From an uncultured Anaerolineales bacterium (lineage in GTDB: Bacteria; Chloroflexota; Anaerolineae; B4-G1; SLSP01): DNA of 61,520 nucleotides. Location: NCBI GenBank assembly GCA_964530185.1, contig CAZHBB010000006.1, positions 1 to 61,520 on the forward strand. The letters run 5' to 3'. The notes under the pieces were generated by a model. That model ran no database searches, was not told the DNA's origin, and worked only from the letters and a program-made list of their open reading frames with translations. A program made the translations under genes and the position numbers. This document shows, piece after piece, positions 53,719 through 61,520 of the stretch; the stretch's first letter is position 1; every line of letters begins with the position of its first letter.

Positions 53719-53907
53719 CTATCCTCCGGAGATGACAGCGACGACCTTTACCTCGTCGCCTGGATATAGCCGCTGGTCCTCTGTCAGCAGCTTGCCGTCT
53801 CGTACGACCAGCACGCTCTCCGGCAGGAGGCCGATCCGCTTGAGGAGCTGGGCTACGGTCAGTGGCTCATCGAAGGTCCAGACACGATCACGATATGTCA
53901 CTTTCAT
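53719..53907 (-). CDS. ttuB: ThiS/MoaD-family ubiquitin-like sulfur carrier (TtuB-like)
   Basis: 62 aa ending in '...VKVVAVISGG', the C-terminal Gly-Gly. It lies 3 nt upstream of ttuA. Confidence 0.75.
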   Translation of the reverse strand: MKVTYRDRVWTFDEPLTVAQLLKRIGLLPESVLVVRDGKLLTEDQRLYPGDEVKVVAVISGG

Positions 53908-54106
53908 CCTATTATCCTCAGTATCCTATCAAGATCGAAATGGATCCCTCTCCCCGGGCACTTTTTCCCACATTTGGACGGGGGGATATGGATGGTGGTG
54001 GCGGGGACGCATCTCCGTTGCGCCCCCGCCACTCATACCTGTCTTGGGGATTAACGGTTACTGCGGGGCGGTCAGGGCTCCACTCGTTTCGATCTCTCCG
54101 AAGTTT

Positions 54107-54784
54107 TCACTCCTGATTGAAGCGGGCCTCCAATTGCTCCAGCAGTTCGGCGGCTTCGACTAATTTGTCCAGAGGGTTGATCTCTTCGGTGAAGTACCGG
54201 TAGTCACAGGGCATGATATCCAGCTTCTCGACCAGAGCACGATGGTGCTTGCGTACGGTCCCGGGTGAGACACCATAATATGCCGCCAGCTCGCCCAAAG
54301 GGATCTCCCGCAGGTTAACTTTACGGGCGGTGTAGTCGAGCGCCGCTGCCCAGGCCTCGGGTTTGGGGATGTGCAGGGGATCCTCGCCCAGGGCGATGCG
54401 GAACTCCAGCCACATCTGGATCGCTGCGCCGACGAGGTGGATGGGCAGTTGGGCCTCCGTCATCTTGGCTGTGATCTGATTTTCCACGGGGTCGGTTCCG
54501 CTGGCGAAAAGCTGTTCGATGCGCGTCGAGACATTGGAATTCGGTTTGAGGCGCAGGTAGTTCGCCAGGGCACGCAAGGCCTGGTCAAAGCGCCCGGCGC
54601 GTGCCAACGCCTGCGCGAGCGCGATGTAGTAAGTGGCATTGTTTGGGCTGAGGGCGACAGCCTCTTCCAACTCCGCGATCGCCGTGTCGAGATCCCACTG
54701 CTGATAGGCAGCCAATGCCTGTTTGTAACACTGCCGTGCTGTGCGTTGATGACGTTTGGTCGTCCCTGCATCTGATGGAGTCAT
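54107..54784 (-). CDS. TPR-repeat protein with C-terminal HTH-like segment
   Basis: TPR-like 'CYKQALAAYQQWDLDTAIAELEEAVALSPNNATYYIALAQALARAGRFDQALRAL'. The C-terminal part 'IPLGELAAYYGVSPGTVRKHHRALVEKL' resembles a sigma70 r4 / HTH. Confidence 0.6.
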   Translation of the reverse strand: MTPSDAGTTKRHQRTARQCYKQALAAYQQWDLDTAIAELEEAVALSPNNATYYIALAQALARAGRFDQALRALANYLRLKPNSNVSTRIEQLFASGTDPVENQITAKMTEAQLPIHLVGAAIQMWLEFRIALGEDPLHIPKPEAWAAALDYTARKVNLREIPLGELAAYYGVSPGTVRKHHRALVEKLDIMPCDYRYFTEEINPLDKLVEAAELLEQLEARFNQE

Positions 54785-54913
54785 CGTTCCTCCGGGGCAC
54801 CTCCGCTCATGGAATCCCTTGGATGCCAGCTAAGTTCATTATAGCATGCGCGTGGCAGCCAGCCAATCGTGGGTGCATCCGCCTCTTGCAGTTGTCCTTT
54901 TTGGCGTGCGGTT

Positions 54914-54974
54914 TTTGGAGTGCGGCGACGCGTCGCCGCTTTGAAAGCGGTGCCAAAGCACCGCAGTCCAAAGG
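54914..54974 (+). repeat. Structured palindromic element, copy A (outer stem plus two internal hairpins)
   Basis: 'TTTGGAGTGCGGCGACGCGTCGCCGCTTTGAAAGCGGTGCCAAAGCACCGCAGTCCAAAGG'. It contains two hairpins, GCGGCGAC-gc-GTCGCCGC and GCGGTGC-caaa-GCACCGC, closed by TTTGGAGTGC/GCAGTCCAAA. It lies 18 nt downstream of the stop of 54993-57230. Confidence 0.8.
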
Positions 54975-54992
54975 CTGGCGAAGCTCAGACGA

Positions 54993-57230
54993 TCAGGCCT
55001 CACCCTCTGTATCGAGGGCGATCCCCAGCTCGCCGAGGATGTGCTGCAGTTCATCCCAGTGGGTGTCGGCGACGGTGGCGTACCCCGGGGCATCGGGCAG
55101 AGGACGCAGCCAGCGCTTCAGACGGGGATCGAGGCTGCGCAGCTCGTCAAGGGCCGTGGCATTCTCAAATTGCAGCAGACGGACGTGGGCCACCCGTGCC
55201 TGCCCGAAGTAGCCGGTCCAGGCGCGGAGGCGTGTCTTCCACCTGGAGGGCAGCGAGGCGCCTGTGAGCTCCTCGAGCCACCGGGCAATGACATTGGCGT
55301 CGATCCCCAGCCTGGCGGCGCGTTGGACGCGCTCTGGCGTCAGGCGCCAGCGGCCCTCGCTGACTCGCTCGGCGAACCGCGCCAGTGTCCCTATTGTCTC
55401 CAGGCCGGGCGCCGCTCTGACACTCTCCAGCTCATCCCCGTGCCAGCGTATGCTCTCCCGGCGTGCCTCCACTATGTCCTCGACTTTCGCCGCCAGGTGG
55501 CCGTGCTCCATCAGCCGTGCCTCGATCACACCAGCCACTGATGGGCGGAACCAGGCGGTGGTGGCGTCGATGGGATGAAGGTACCTGGCCAGCTCCGGAT
55601 CGCGCACCAGGGCCTCCAGCAGCGCCGGCCTATCGACGTGCAGGATGGTCACCTGTCGGTGGACCACGATCCGCTCGTACTGTGCGTACCAGGCCTCCAG
55701 CGAGCGTCTGACGTTCTGCGGCGGCTCCGCATGGGTGAGCTCGCTGAGCTGGGCAAGCAACGTGTCGGCCGTCTCGCCGCGCTGGAAGGCCCCGTAGACG
55801 CTTTCATGCGTGATACGATAGGTGACGACACTGGGGTCCACCGACTCCCGCTCTGTGAATCCCTCGATGGTGGCGAGCACGCTGGGCGGCGTGGGACCCA
55901 GAGCCAGGACCTGGAAATCTGGCTGGAGGACCACGCTCCAGCCAGCGGATGCCGGGGTGGGTGGAGACTCCTCGAGCTGCCGCACGGCGTCGGATATCCG
56001 GACGGCGTAGAGGGCCTGGGCCTCGGCGTCGTGATAGAAGGCATCCAGCAGTCCAAGCTGGTGCTGTTCCTGGAGCAGGGCTTCGACGATCGTGTGCTCA
56101 ATGACTCGCAGCTCGCCCAGGACGTAGGCCCAGCCCGTGCCCTTAGAAGCGTTCTCCAGTAAGGCCTCTCTGGTGCCAGCTTCAAGGAGCAATCCGCCTG
56201 TGTGTTCTTCGTTCAGAAGGTTGACGATCTGGTTCACTGAGAGCCACCCCACCCCCTGCATCTCACGGAGCAGGGAGATGACGCGCTGCCGCAGTACGCT
56301 CATCGAATGGTGTATGTAGTGGCGCTTGTACCATTGCTTCAGGTCGGCGCTGGGGATCCTGTCGGGTGAGCCTTCCAGCGTGCTATAGGCGCGGATGATG
56401 GCTTCAATCTGCGCCGCCGGGCCGCTGGTCCAGATCTGCATCACGCTGGGGTCCTCCCAGGCTCTCGCCAGTTGGGCCGCCGTGTCCACCTCCACCATGC
56501 TGAGCGCTTGCAGGAGCGTATAGAGGGTGGCCACGCGCTCCATGCCGGTTGTCTCATCCAGGGCCAGCGCCTGCGCCAGGCGGCGCGACTCGCGCTTGCC
56601 CAGGCTCCCGTCTCTCAGGAGCTTGGCTGGTTGGCGGCGAAGCTCATGCCACAGGAAGAGGAGCTGGCGCAGGATGGGCGTCGGGTCACCCGGCACGATC
56701 TGTCCGGTCTCAGGCAGATCGACGAGCTGTGGGTTGGAGGCCTGGGGGGGTGGAGCCAGCGACGCAACCGCCGGTACCGCCATGACCTCTTTTGGAACCC
56801 CGACTGCAAAGGGGATGATATCCAGGGAGTGGACGTAAGAGCCCGTCTGTTCGCGCAGCCCCACGACCAGCCCAAGGCGCAGCAGCAGATACACGATTTC
56901 GCTCACCAGCAGCGGCTGTGAGGGGGATCTCTCCTTCCTCATCTGTTGCGCGGCCTCGGTCATCAGGAAGCGTTGTGCGAGCTGGCTGAGGGAGGCGACG
57001 CCCTCGTTGGTCGCCAGCAAGGCCAGGATGGCACGCGCCACCGGGTCCAACATCTCAAGGGCGGTGTGGACCGTAGTCCCCTCCTCGACGGCCTGACATA
57101 GGAGGTCGATCAGCTCACTCTTCCGCACGTAGCCGGACGGTAGCTCGAGTTTCAGATTCTGCGCGATGGACTCGACGATGGGCCTCACATAGGCCTGCAA
57201 CGCTTCCCGCAGGCTCAGTCCCGTGGTCAC
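54993..57230 (-). CDS. XPB-associated 'helicase-associated domain' protein (745 aa, two XPB-N-terminal-like modules)
   Basis: Module 1 is 'VVLQPDFQVLALGP...VVTYRITHESVYGAFQRGETADTLLAQL...PPQNVRRSLEAWYAQYERIVV'. Module 2 is 'RWRLTPERVQRAARLGIDANVIARWLEELTGASLPSRWKTRLRAWTGYFGQARV'. Both parallel the N-terminus of the adjacent XPB. The start overlaps the upstream gene's stop by 4 nt. Confidence 0.65.
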   Translation of the reverse strand: MTTGLSLREALQAYVRPIVESIAQNLKLELPSGYVRKSELIDLLCQAVEEGTTVHTALEMLDPVARAILALLATNEGVASLSQLAQRFLMTEAAQQMRKERSPSQPLLVSEIVYLLLRLGLVVGLREQTGSYVHSLDIIPFAVGVPKEVMAVPAVASLAPPPQASNPQLVDLPETGQIVPGDPTPILRQLLFLWHELRRQPAKLLRDGSLGKRESRRLAQALALDETTGMERVATLYTLLQALSMVEVDTAAQLARAWEDPSVMQIWTSGPAAQIEAIIRAYSTLEGSPDRIPSADLKQWYKRHYIHHSMSVLRQRVISLLREMQGVGWLSVNQIVNLLNEEHTGGLLLEAGTREALLENASKGTGWAYVLGELRVIEHTIVEALLQEQHQLGLLDAFYHDAEAQALYAVRISDAVRQLEESPPTPASAGWSVVLQPDFQVLALGPTPPSVLATIEGFTERESVDPSVVTYRITHESVYGAFQRGETADTLLAQLSELTHAEPPQNVRRSLEAWYAQYERIVVHRQVTILHVDRPALLEALVRDPELARYLHPIDATTAWFRPSVAGVIEARLMEHGHLAAKVEDIVEARRESIRWHGDELESVRAAPGLETIGTLARFAERVSEGRWRLTPERVQRAARLGIDANVIARWLEELTGASLPSRWKTRLRAWTGYFGQARVAHVRLLQFENATALDELRSLDPRLKRWLRPLPDAPGYATVADTHWDELQHILGELGIALDTEGEA

Positions 57231-59125
57231 GTTATCTCCTTTGGTGTATGTCCCTGACGCTGCAGATCCGTCAGGAGCTCATCGACGGCCTCGCGTTTGA
57301 GCAGGACATGGGCGGGAGTAATCTCCGCGACGATGACGTGGGCCAGGGGGGGCAATGCGAGTTGAAGCTCCTCCATTGTCTCTGCATCGCGGGTCTGCAG
57401 CAGGGCATGGCCTGGGTAGATCCGCACCCGGCCATAGCGCGACGACCATTTCTCCCACCACTGCCGAATGGCATCCGGGGGGGCAAATCCCAATAGCGTC
57501 ATCCAGATCGCCGCCAGCGATGCAGGGGTCTCTCCGGCCTGGAACGCCCGGTGGAGGCGATGGATGGCAGGCTCGAAGACCAACGCCTCGCCTTCGGTCC
57601 CTGTCAGGCTCGCCCACTTCAACAGGAAGGCAAGCAGCCGGGGCGGCACAGGGAGACGGGAGAGGAGGAGGCGGTGACGGTCCGTCTCGTAGCGGATGTC
57701 ATTGGCCATCGGTGGCTCAATGGCCTTAATGGCGGCCTCGCTCAGTCGCTTCCAATGGAGGTCCTGGAGCCCGCTCAGCCGCAGCCGCTGCGGGTCTTCC
57801 AGCGAGGGCGCGAGGGCCACCAGGCCCAAAGGATGCAGCGCACCGGTCAGCAGGCAGCGGAGTACCACCTTCGGGAAACCCGGCCACTCTCCCTCCCTGG
57901 CCCAGCCGCGCACCGACCGCAAGTAGCGCAATCGCTGCATGGGCTCGACGATCTGCCCCACCCACGTTGCGACATCGTCGAACGAGAGCCACCGGCCCTC
58001 CGGCAGGATCGCCAGGGCCTCCAATGTGACCTGGCGCAGCTTCTGGAAGTAGCCTTGCACCAACATGGGATAGGCGAAGCGGCGGGTGCCCCCATGGGCA
58101 CCCTGGCAGACCCGAACCTCGCCAAGTCGCCATAGACGCCACCAGTGTGCCCACGTCGTCATACTCATGTTGAACCAGTAGAGCTGAGTGATCTGCTGTC
58201 CCGGCGACAGGGTAAGGAAGTGCTCTGCTTTTGCCTGATCCAGGATGATCGTGTCCCCGAGTTTGATGATCCCGGCCGCCAGCAGCAGATGGAAAAGCCA
58301 TTCGGCCCGTTCAGGTGAGGCGTCAAGGGCAGCCGTCCAGCGACTCAATGTCTCATCGCTGAGATGGGAGTCGGGCGGCCGCAGGGCAACGTCGGAGTCC
58401 TGTCTGGGGCCTGCATCTCCCTCCTGATCACCGGGGTCGAGAGGCCATCCCCCTGGCAGCCCGAGCGTGGGGTTCGGCATCTCTCGGTCCCAGGGCCATG
58501 GCCGCAACGTGAAGGTGCCGTGGGCCAGCAGGCTGATCAGGTGCTGGATCTGGGCAAGCAGGTCCCTGGGGTCCGCCATGGGGGCAACGTGGTCGGGCGG
58601 GGAGGCGGTGGGGAATATCCGCGCCACGGATGGGAGAAAGCGGTGGAGATAGGGTGGGATGTAGAGCGTGTCTCCTGTGGATACGAACACCAGACCTTCG
58701 GTGTAAAGCTCGCCAGCGCTCTCATCCTCCGAGATATCACGGTCCTGCCACAGCGCCGACGGCGTGACTCTCCATCCGATCTCGTTGAGTCTCGATGCCA
58801 GGATCAAACGCGCCAGGGTGTCCCGCGCCTCGGGTGAAAGACGTGACACGGCATGGCGCAGACGTTCGGGGTCCAGGAGGTGTGTGGCCCATTGGCGTGC
58901 AAGGTCCACGCGGCGTCGCCCTTTGGGGGTCTCGCCCAGGGCAAGAATCAGCTCCTTGAGATCGCGAGCGCGCAGATCGGAGCGCGTGAGGTTTTGGGCC
59001 GTCCACTCAATGGGATCAACCTCCGTAGGAGGCCATGTGAACTCCTCGGGATCCATCGGCGGCAGAGGAGGTCCCCAGATGATATTCTCCTCCCGCTCGT
59101 GGATGTCGTCCTGTGTCGCGTCCAT
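57227..59125 (-). CDS. XPB-associated 'helicase-associated domain' protein (632 aa, paralog of 54993-57230)
   Basis: The C-terminal module is 'LVFEPAIHRLHRAFQAGETPASLAAIWMTLLGFAPPDAIRQWWEKWSSRYGRVRI'. The N-terminal 'DLKELILALG...LSPEARDTLARLIL' resembles 'SELIDLLCQAV...LDPVARAILALL' in the downstream protein. Confidence 0.6.
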   Translation of the reverse strand: MDATQDDIHEREENIIWGPPLPPMDPEEFTWPPTEVDPIEWTAQNLTRSDLRARDLKELILALGETPKGRRRVDLARQWATHLLDPERLRHAVSRLSPEARDTLARLILASRLNEIGWRVTPSALWQDRDISEDESAGELYTEGLVFVSTGDTLYIPPYLHRFLPSVARIFPTASPPDHVAPMADPRDLLAQIQHLISLLAHGTFTLRPWPWDREMPNPTLGLPGGWPLDPGDQEGDAGPRQDSDVALRPPDSHLSDETLSRWTAALDASPERAEWLFHLLLAAGIIKLGDTIILDQAKAEHFLTLSPGQQITQLYWFNMSMTTWAHWWRLWRLGEVRVCQGAHGGTRRFAYPMLVQGYFQKLRQVTLEALAILPEGRWLSFDDVATWVGQIVEPMQRLRYLRSVRGWAREGEWPGFPKVVLRCLLTGALHPLGLVALAPSLEDPQRLRLSGLQDLHWKRLSEAAIKAIEPPMANDIRYETDRHRLLLSRLPVPPRLLAFLLKWASLTGTEGEALVFEPAIHRLHRAFQAGETPASLAAIWMTLLGFAPPDAIRQWWEKWSSRYGRVRIYPGHALLQTRDAETMEELQLALPPLAHVIVAEITPAHVLLKREAVDELLTDLQRQGHTPKEIT

Positions 59126-59159
59126 AGGTCCCCCGGTGCAGTGATGTGGCTCCCAACCG

Positions 59160-60911
59160 CTAGCGTGTCGAGGCCCACTGGGTGGCAGGCAGCGCCGCCG
59201 GGACCTCGTCCTCGTACAGGATCAGGTAGCGGTAGCCCTGTTCGGTGAGGAACCGCTGTCGGTTGGCGCTGAACTCCTGGTCGATGGTCTCTCGGGTGAC
59301 CAGGCTGTAGAAGTAGGCCTGACCACCGTCGGGCTTGGGCCGCAGGATCCGCCCAAGCCGTTGCGCTTCCTCCTGGCGGGAGCCGAAGGTCCCTGAGATC
59401 TGAATGGCCACATTGGCGTCTGGCAGATCCACGGAGAAGTTGGCCACCTTGGACACCACCAGTGTGCGGATCTCGCCGCGGCGGAAGCTCTCGTAGAGCT
59501 TCTCCCGTTCGGCTACCCTGGTCTTCCCGGTGATCAGGGGGTAGCCGTAGTGGGCAGCGACGTGCTGGAGCTGGTCCAGGTACATGCCGATGATCAGGAT
59601 GCGGTCATCCCGATGATAGGCCAGGAGCTTATCCAACACCTCGAGCTTGGCCGGGTTCTCGGCCGCCACGCGATACCGTCGTCGTTTGGGGGCGGTGATG
59701 TAGGCGGGGCGGCGATCGGTGGGCAGATGAATACGGATCTCATAGCAGATGGCTGGGGCGATCCAACCCTGACTCTCCAGATCGCGCCATGGCATATCGA
59801 ACTTCTTGGGGCCGATCAGGGAGAAGACGTCCTCCTCCCGCTGATCCTCCCGCACCAGAGTGGCGGTCAGCCCCAGGCGGCGCCGGGCCTGCAGCTCGGC
59901 GGTGATCCTGAAGACCGGTGCAGGGAGCAGGTGAACTTCGTCGTAGATGATCAGCCCCCAGTTGCCTTGATTGAAGAGTGCGAAGTGCGGGAAGCTGTCC
60001 ATCAGCATGGTCGAGGAGTCCGCTCGCGTGCCCCGCCTGCGGTAGGTGAGGATCTGATAGGTGGTCAATGTGACCGGGCGTATCTCCTTGCGCTGGCCAG
60101 TGTACTCCCCGATCATCTCCTCACTCAACGTGGTCTTATCCAACAGCTCCTCACGCCATTGGCGTGCGGCGATGGTGCTGGGCGTCAGGATGAGGGTGTG
60201 GGTCTGTGCTTTCTCCATGATAGCAAGGCCCACAATGGTCTTTCCGGCCCCACATGGGAGCACGATAACCCCGGCGCCCCCTGCCTCCGAGCCATTGGCC
60301 CAGAAGGTGTCCGCGGCCAGTTGCTGGTAGGGCCGCACCACGAAGGGTTGACCATCGTGCGTCGCCTGCCGCAGGCTGAAGGTCAGGGGTGCCCCTGGTG
60401 TATAGCCCACCAGGTCCTCGGCGGGATAGCCTGCTTTTAGGAGGGCCTGTTTGATGTGGCCTCGTCGGCTGGCAGGGACCTGGTACGTGTGCGGGCCGAT
60501 GCGCGTGAGCAGATAGGCCGCCACCTCCCGCCGGTGCTCCAACTCCTGCAGCAGATGGGGCTCGTCGGTGGTGAGGCGTAATCTGGTCTCGTCGTGGGGA
60601 TCAGGCGTCAGCCGCAGCCTGCCGTAGCGGCCCATGAGGTCGTAGACCTCGACCCTGATGTTGTCGGGCAGCGGGTAACGGGCAAAACGCTCGAGACCCG
60701 TGAGGATCTCATCGGCCGTCAGCCCGGCAGCGGCGGCGTTCCAGAGGGAGAGAGCGGAGACTCGATAGGTGTGGATGTACTCAGGGCTTTTCTCCAGCTC
60801 GGCGAAGCGCACCAGATGATCCCGTGCAGCCTCATAGGCCGCACTCTTGGTCTCTAACAGGACCGTTCCATCACTCTGGATGATCAGTGGTTTATCATCT
60901 ATGTCAGACAT
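59160..60911 (-). CDS. xpb: XPB/Ssl2 (ERCC3)-type SF2 DNA helicase
   Basis: The N-terminal XPB module is 'LIIQSDGTVLLE...FAELEKSPEYIHTYRVSALSLWNAAAAGLTADEIL'. Helicase motifs are 'VLPCGAGKT' (I), 'IIYDEVHLL' (II), 'LGLTATLVRED' (III) and 'QEEAQRLGRILR' (VI). The start was chosen at the ATG at 60911 ('MSDIDDKPLIIQ'). The ORF is open to 61019. Confidence 0.85.
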   Translation of the reverse strand: MSDIDDKPLIIQSDGTVLLETKSAAYEAARDHLVRFAELEKSPEYIHTYRVSALSLWNAAAAGLTADEILTGLERFARYPLPDNIRVEVYDLMGRYGRLRLTPDPHDETRLRLTTDEPHLLQELEHRREVAAYLLTRIGPHTYQVPASRRGHIKQALLKAGYPAEDLVGYTPGAPLTFSLRQATHDGQPFVVRPYQQLAADTFWANGSEAGGAGVIVLPCGAGKTIVGLAIMEKAQTHTLILTPSTIAARQWREELLDKTTLSEEMIGEYTGQRKEIRPVTLTTYQILTYRRRGTRADSSTMLMDSFPHFALFNQGNWGLIIYDEVHLLPAPVFRITAELQARRRLGLTATLVREDQREEDVFSLIGPKKFDMPWRDLESQGWIAPAICYEIRIHLPTDRRPAYITAPKRRRYRVAAENPAKLEVLDKLLAYHRDDRILIIGMYLDQLQHVAAHYGYPLITGKTRVAEREKLYESFRRGEIRTLVVSKVANFSVDLPDANVAIQISGTFGSRQEEAQRLGRILRPKPDGGQAYFYSLVTRETIDQEFSANRQRFLTEQGYRYLILYEDEVPAALPATQWASTR

Positions 60912-61174
60912 TGTTCCATATTCTACCGTGCGTACGGGCATAGACAATGGGCTGATTTTAGCAGACGGCTTGCTTTTGTCTCCTCTTTTCCACCACTTTT
61001 GTGACAGTCTCGGTGGCATGCTTGCCCCCGGTGGGCATGGCCCCGTTGTTGGAGCAGGGCGCTAGTATCGCACAACTTCCGTTGTGGATTGCGGCACGTG
61101 AGTGCTGTCTTGCCGGACGAAGCCACAACTGGATACTCCGATAGTAGAGGTCGTGTCGCACTGGCGCAGCCCTG

Positions 61175-61230
61175 CCTTTGGAGTGCGGTGCCATCAGGTC
61201 AAAAGCGGCGACACGTCGCCGCACTCCAAA
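61175..61230 (-). repeat. Structured palindromic element, copy B (inverted relative to copy A)
   Basis: The reverse complement reads 'TTTGGAGTGCGGCGACGTGTCGCCGCTTTTGACCTGATGGCACCGCACTCCAAAGG'. It is near-identical to copy A in the outer stem and first hairpin. It lies upstream of the XPB gene. Confidence 0.8.
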
Positions 61231-61309
61231 CTCCATAGCTGGTCTGGTAAGTGCAGGGCGGGTTGTGCCCTGAGACCCAGGGGACGAGATATGCGGTCCG
61301 CACGCATGA

Positions 61310-61430
61310 GACTGTCACAGAGGGGGGGAGAGGGGGGGACTGTCACCTCTGTCATGGCCTCTGCCGCGGGCCACCACCGCAAGCGATGGCCCGCGTACTC
61401 CATCCACCCATCAAGGTGACAGTCACCCCC
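61310..61430. repeat. Nested inverted/direct repeats with G7 runs
   Basis: GACTGTCAC occurs at 61310 and 61338, with the inverted copy GTGACAGTC at 61416. A 16-nt inverted repeat, GGGGGGGACTGTCACC (61332-61347) / GGTGACAGTCACCCCC (61415-61430), matches 15 of 16. It encloses the hairpin GCGGGCCA...TGGCCCGC (61366-61394). Confidence 0.6.
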
Positions 61431-61475
61431 AGGATTTGTATACCAGAGGTCCAGAGGGAAGAGAAGCGCGCATCT

Positions 61476-61504
61476 TTTCCCCTGGCGCTTCCTCGTGGTA
61501 TACT
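61476..61504 (+). promoter_or_regulatory. Extended -10 promoter pointing out of the window (TGgTATACT)
   Basis: TATACT at 61499-61504 is preceded by TGg. The -35 element ('tttccc') is weak. No ORF start is visible before the window ends. Confidence 0.3.
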
Positions 61505-61520
61505 GATTGAAAGAGAATGT

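Noticed and set aside
54993-59125. Looked for Bax1-like nuclease, PLD, HNH, PD-(D/E)xK or Walker motifs in the two XPB partner proteins, to call a defence or nuclease system.
   Set aside because: I could find no such motif by eye, so no enzymatic function is claimed. Only the repeated XPB-N-terminal-like module is supported.

Overview
This 61.5-kb window comes from a visibly GC-rich bacterial chromosome (GC not computed). It is densely packed and mostly housekeeping. The gene content suggests a thermophilic Chloroflexota-like lineage, but this is inference only. The supporting genes are ttuB-ttuA, a LysW-like protein, yacL-cysS-rlmB synteny and several S1-domain proteins.

Recognisable blocks:
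- A TPP-riboswitch-controlled thiamine salvage operon (thiN-thiB-thiP-thiQ).
- rnc-clpC.
- A BMP-family nucleoside ABC transporter (four genes), followed by an RsmF-like methyltransferase.
- ftsK plus an S1-domain paralog.
- punA, xerC, a GT28 glycosyltransferase, DUF951 and gmk.
- rpsA-infA, recF and prmC.
- ttuB-ttuA.

The left ~9 kb is a patchy accessory region. It contains lower-GC genes, gene remnants, clustered GC-rich hairpin repeats, three GNAT genes, an adjacent CPBP protease / ICMT-type methyltransferase pair and a DUF2726-zinc-ribbon gene.

Candidates most worth a second look:
1. A three-gene XPB/Ssl2-helicase operon at the right end. Its two large partner proteins are paralogs built from repeats of the XPB N-terminal module. 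The operon is bracketed by inverted copies of a ~60-nt structured palindromic element.
2. A CysRS homolog in the canonical cysS position whose catalytic motifs are degenerate.
3. The CPBP + ICMT gene pair.
4. An orphan LysW-like zinc ribbon with a ~55-residue polyacidic tail.

I found no CRISPR array, rRNA, intact tRNA, transposase or integrase (other than XerC/D). Family names come from motif recognition by eye and memory, not from searches.
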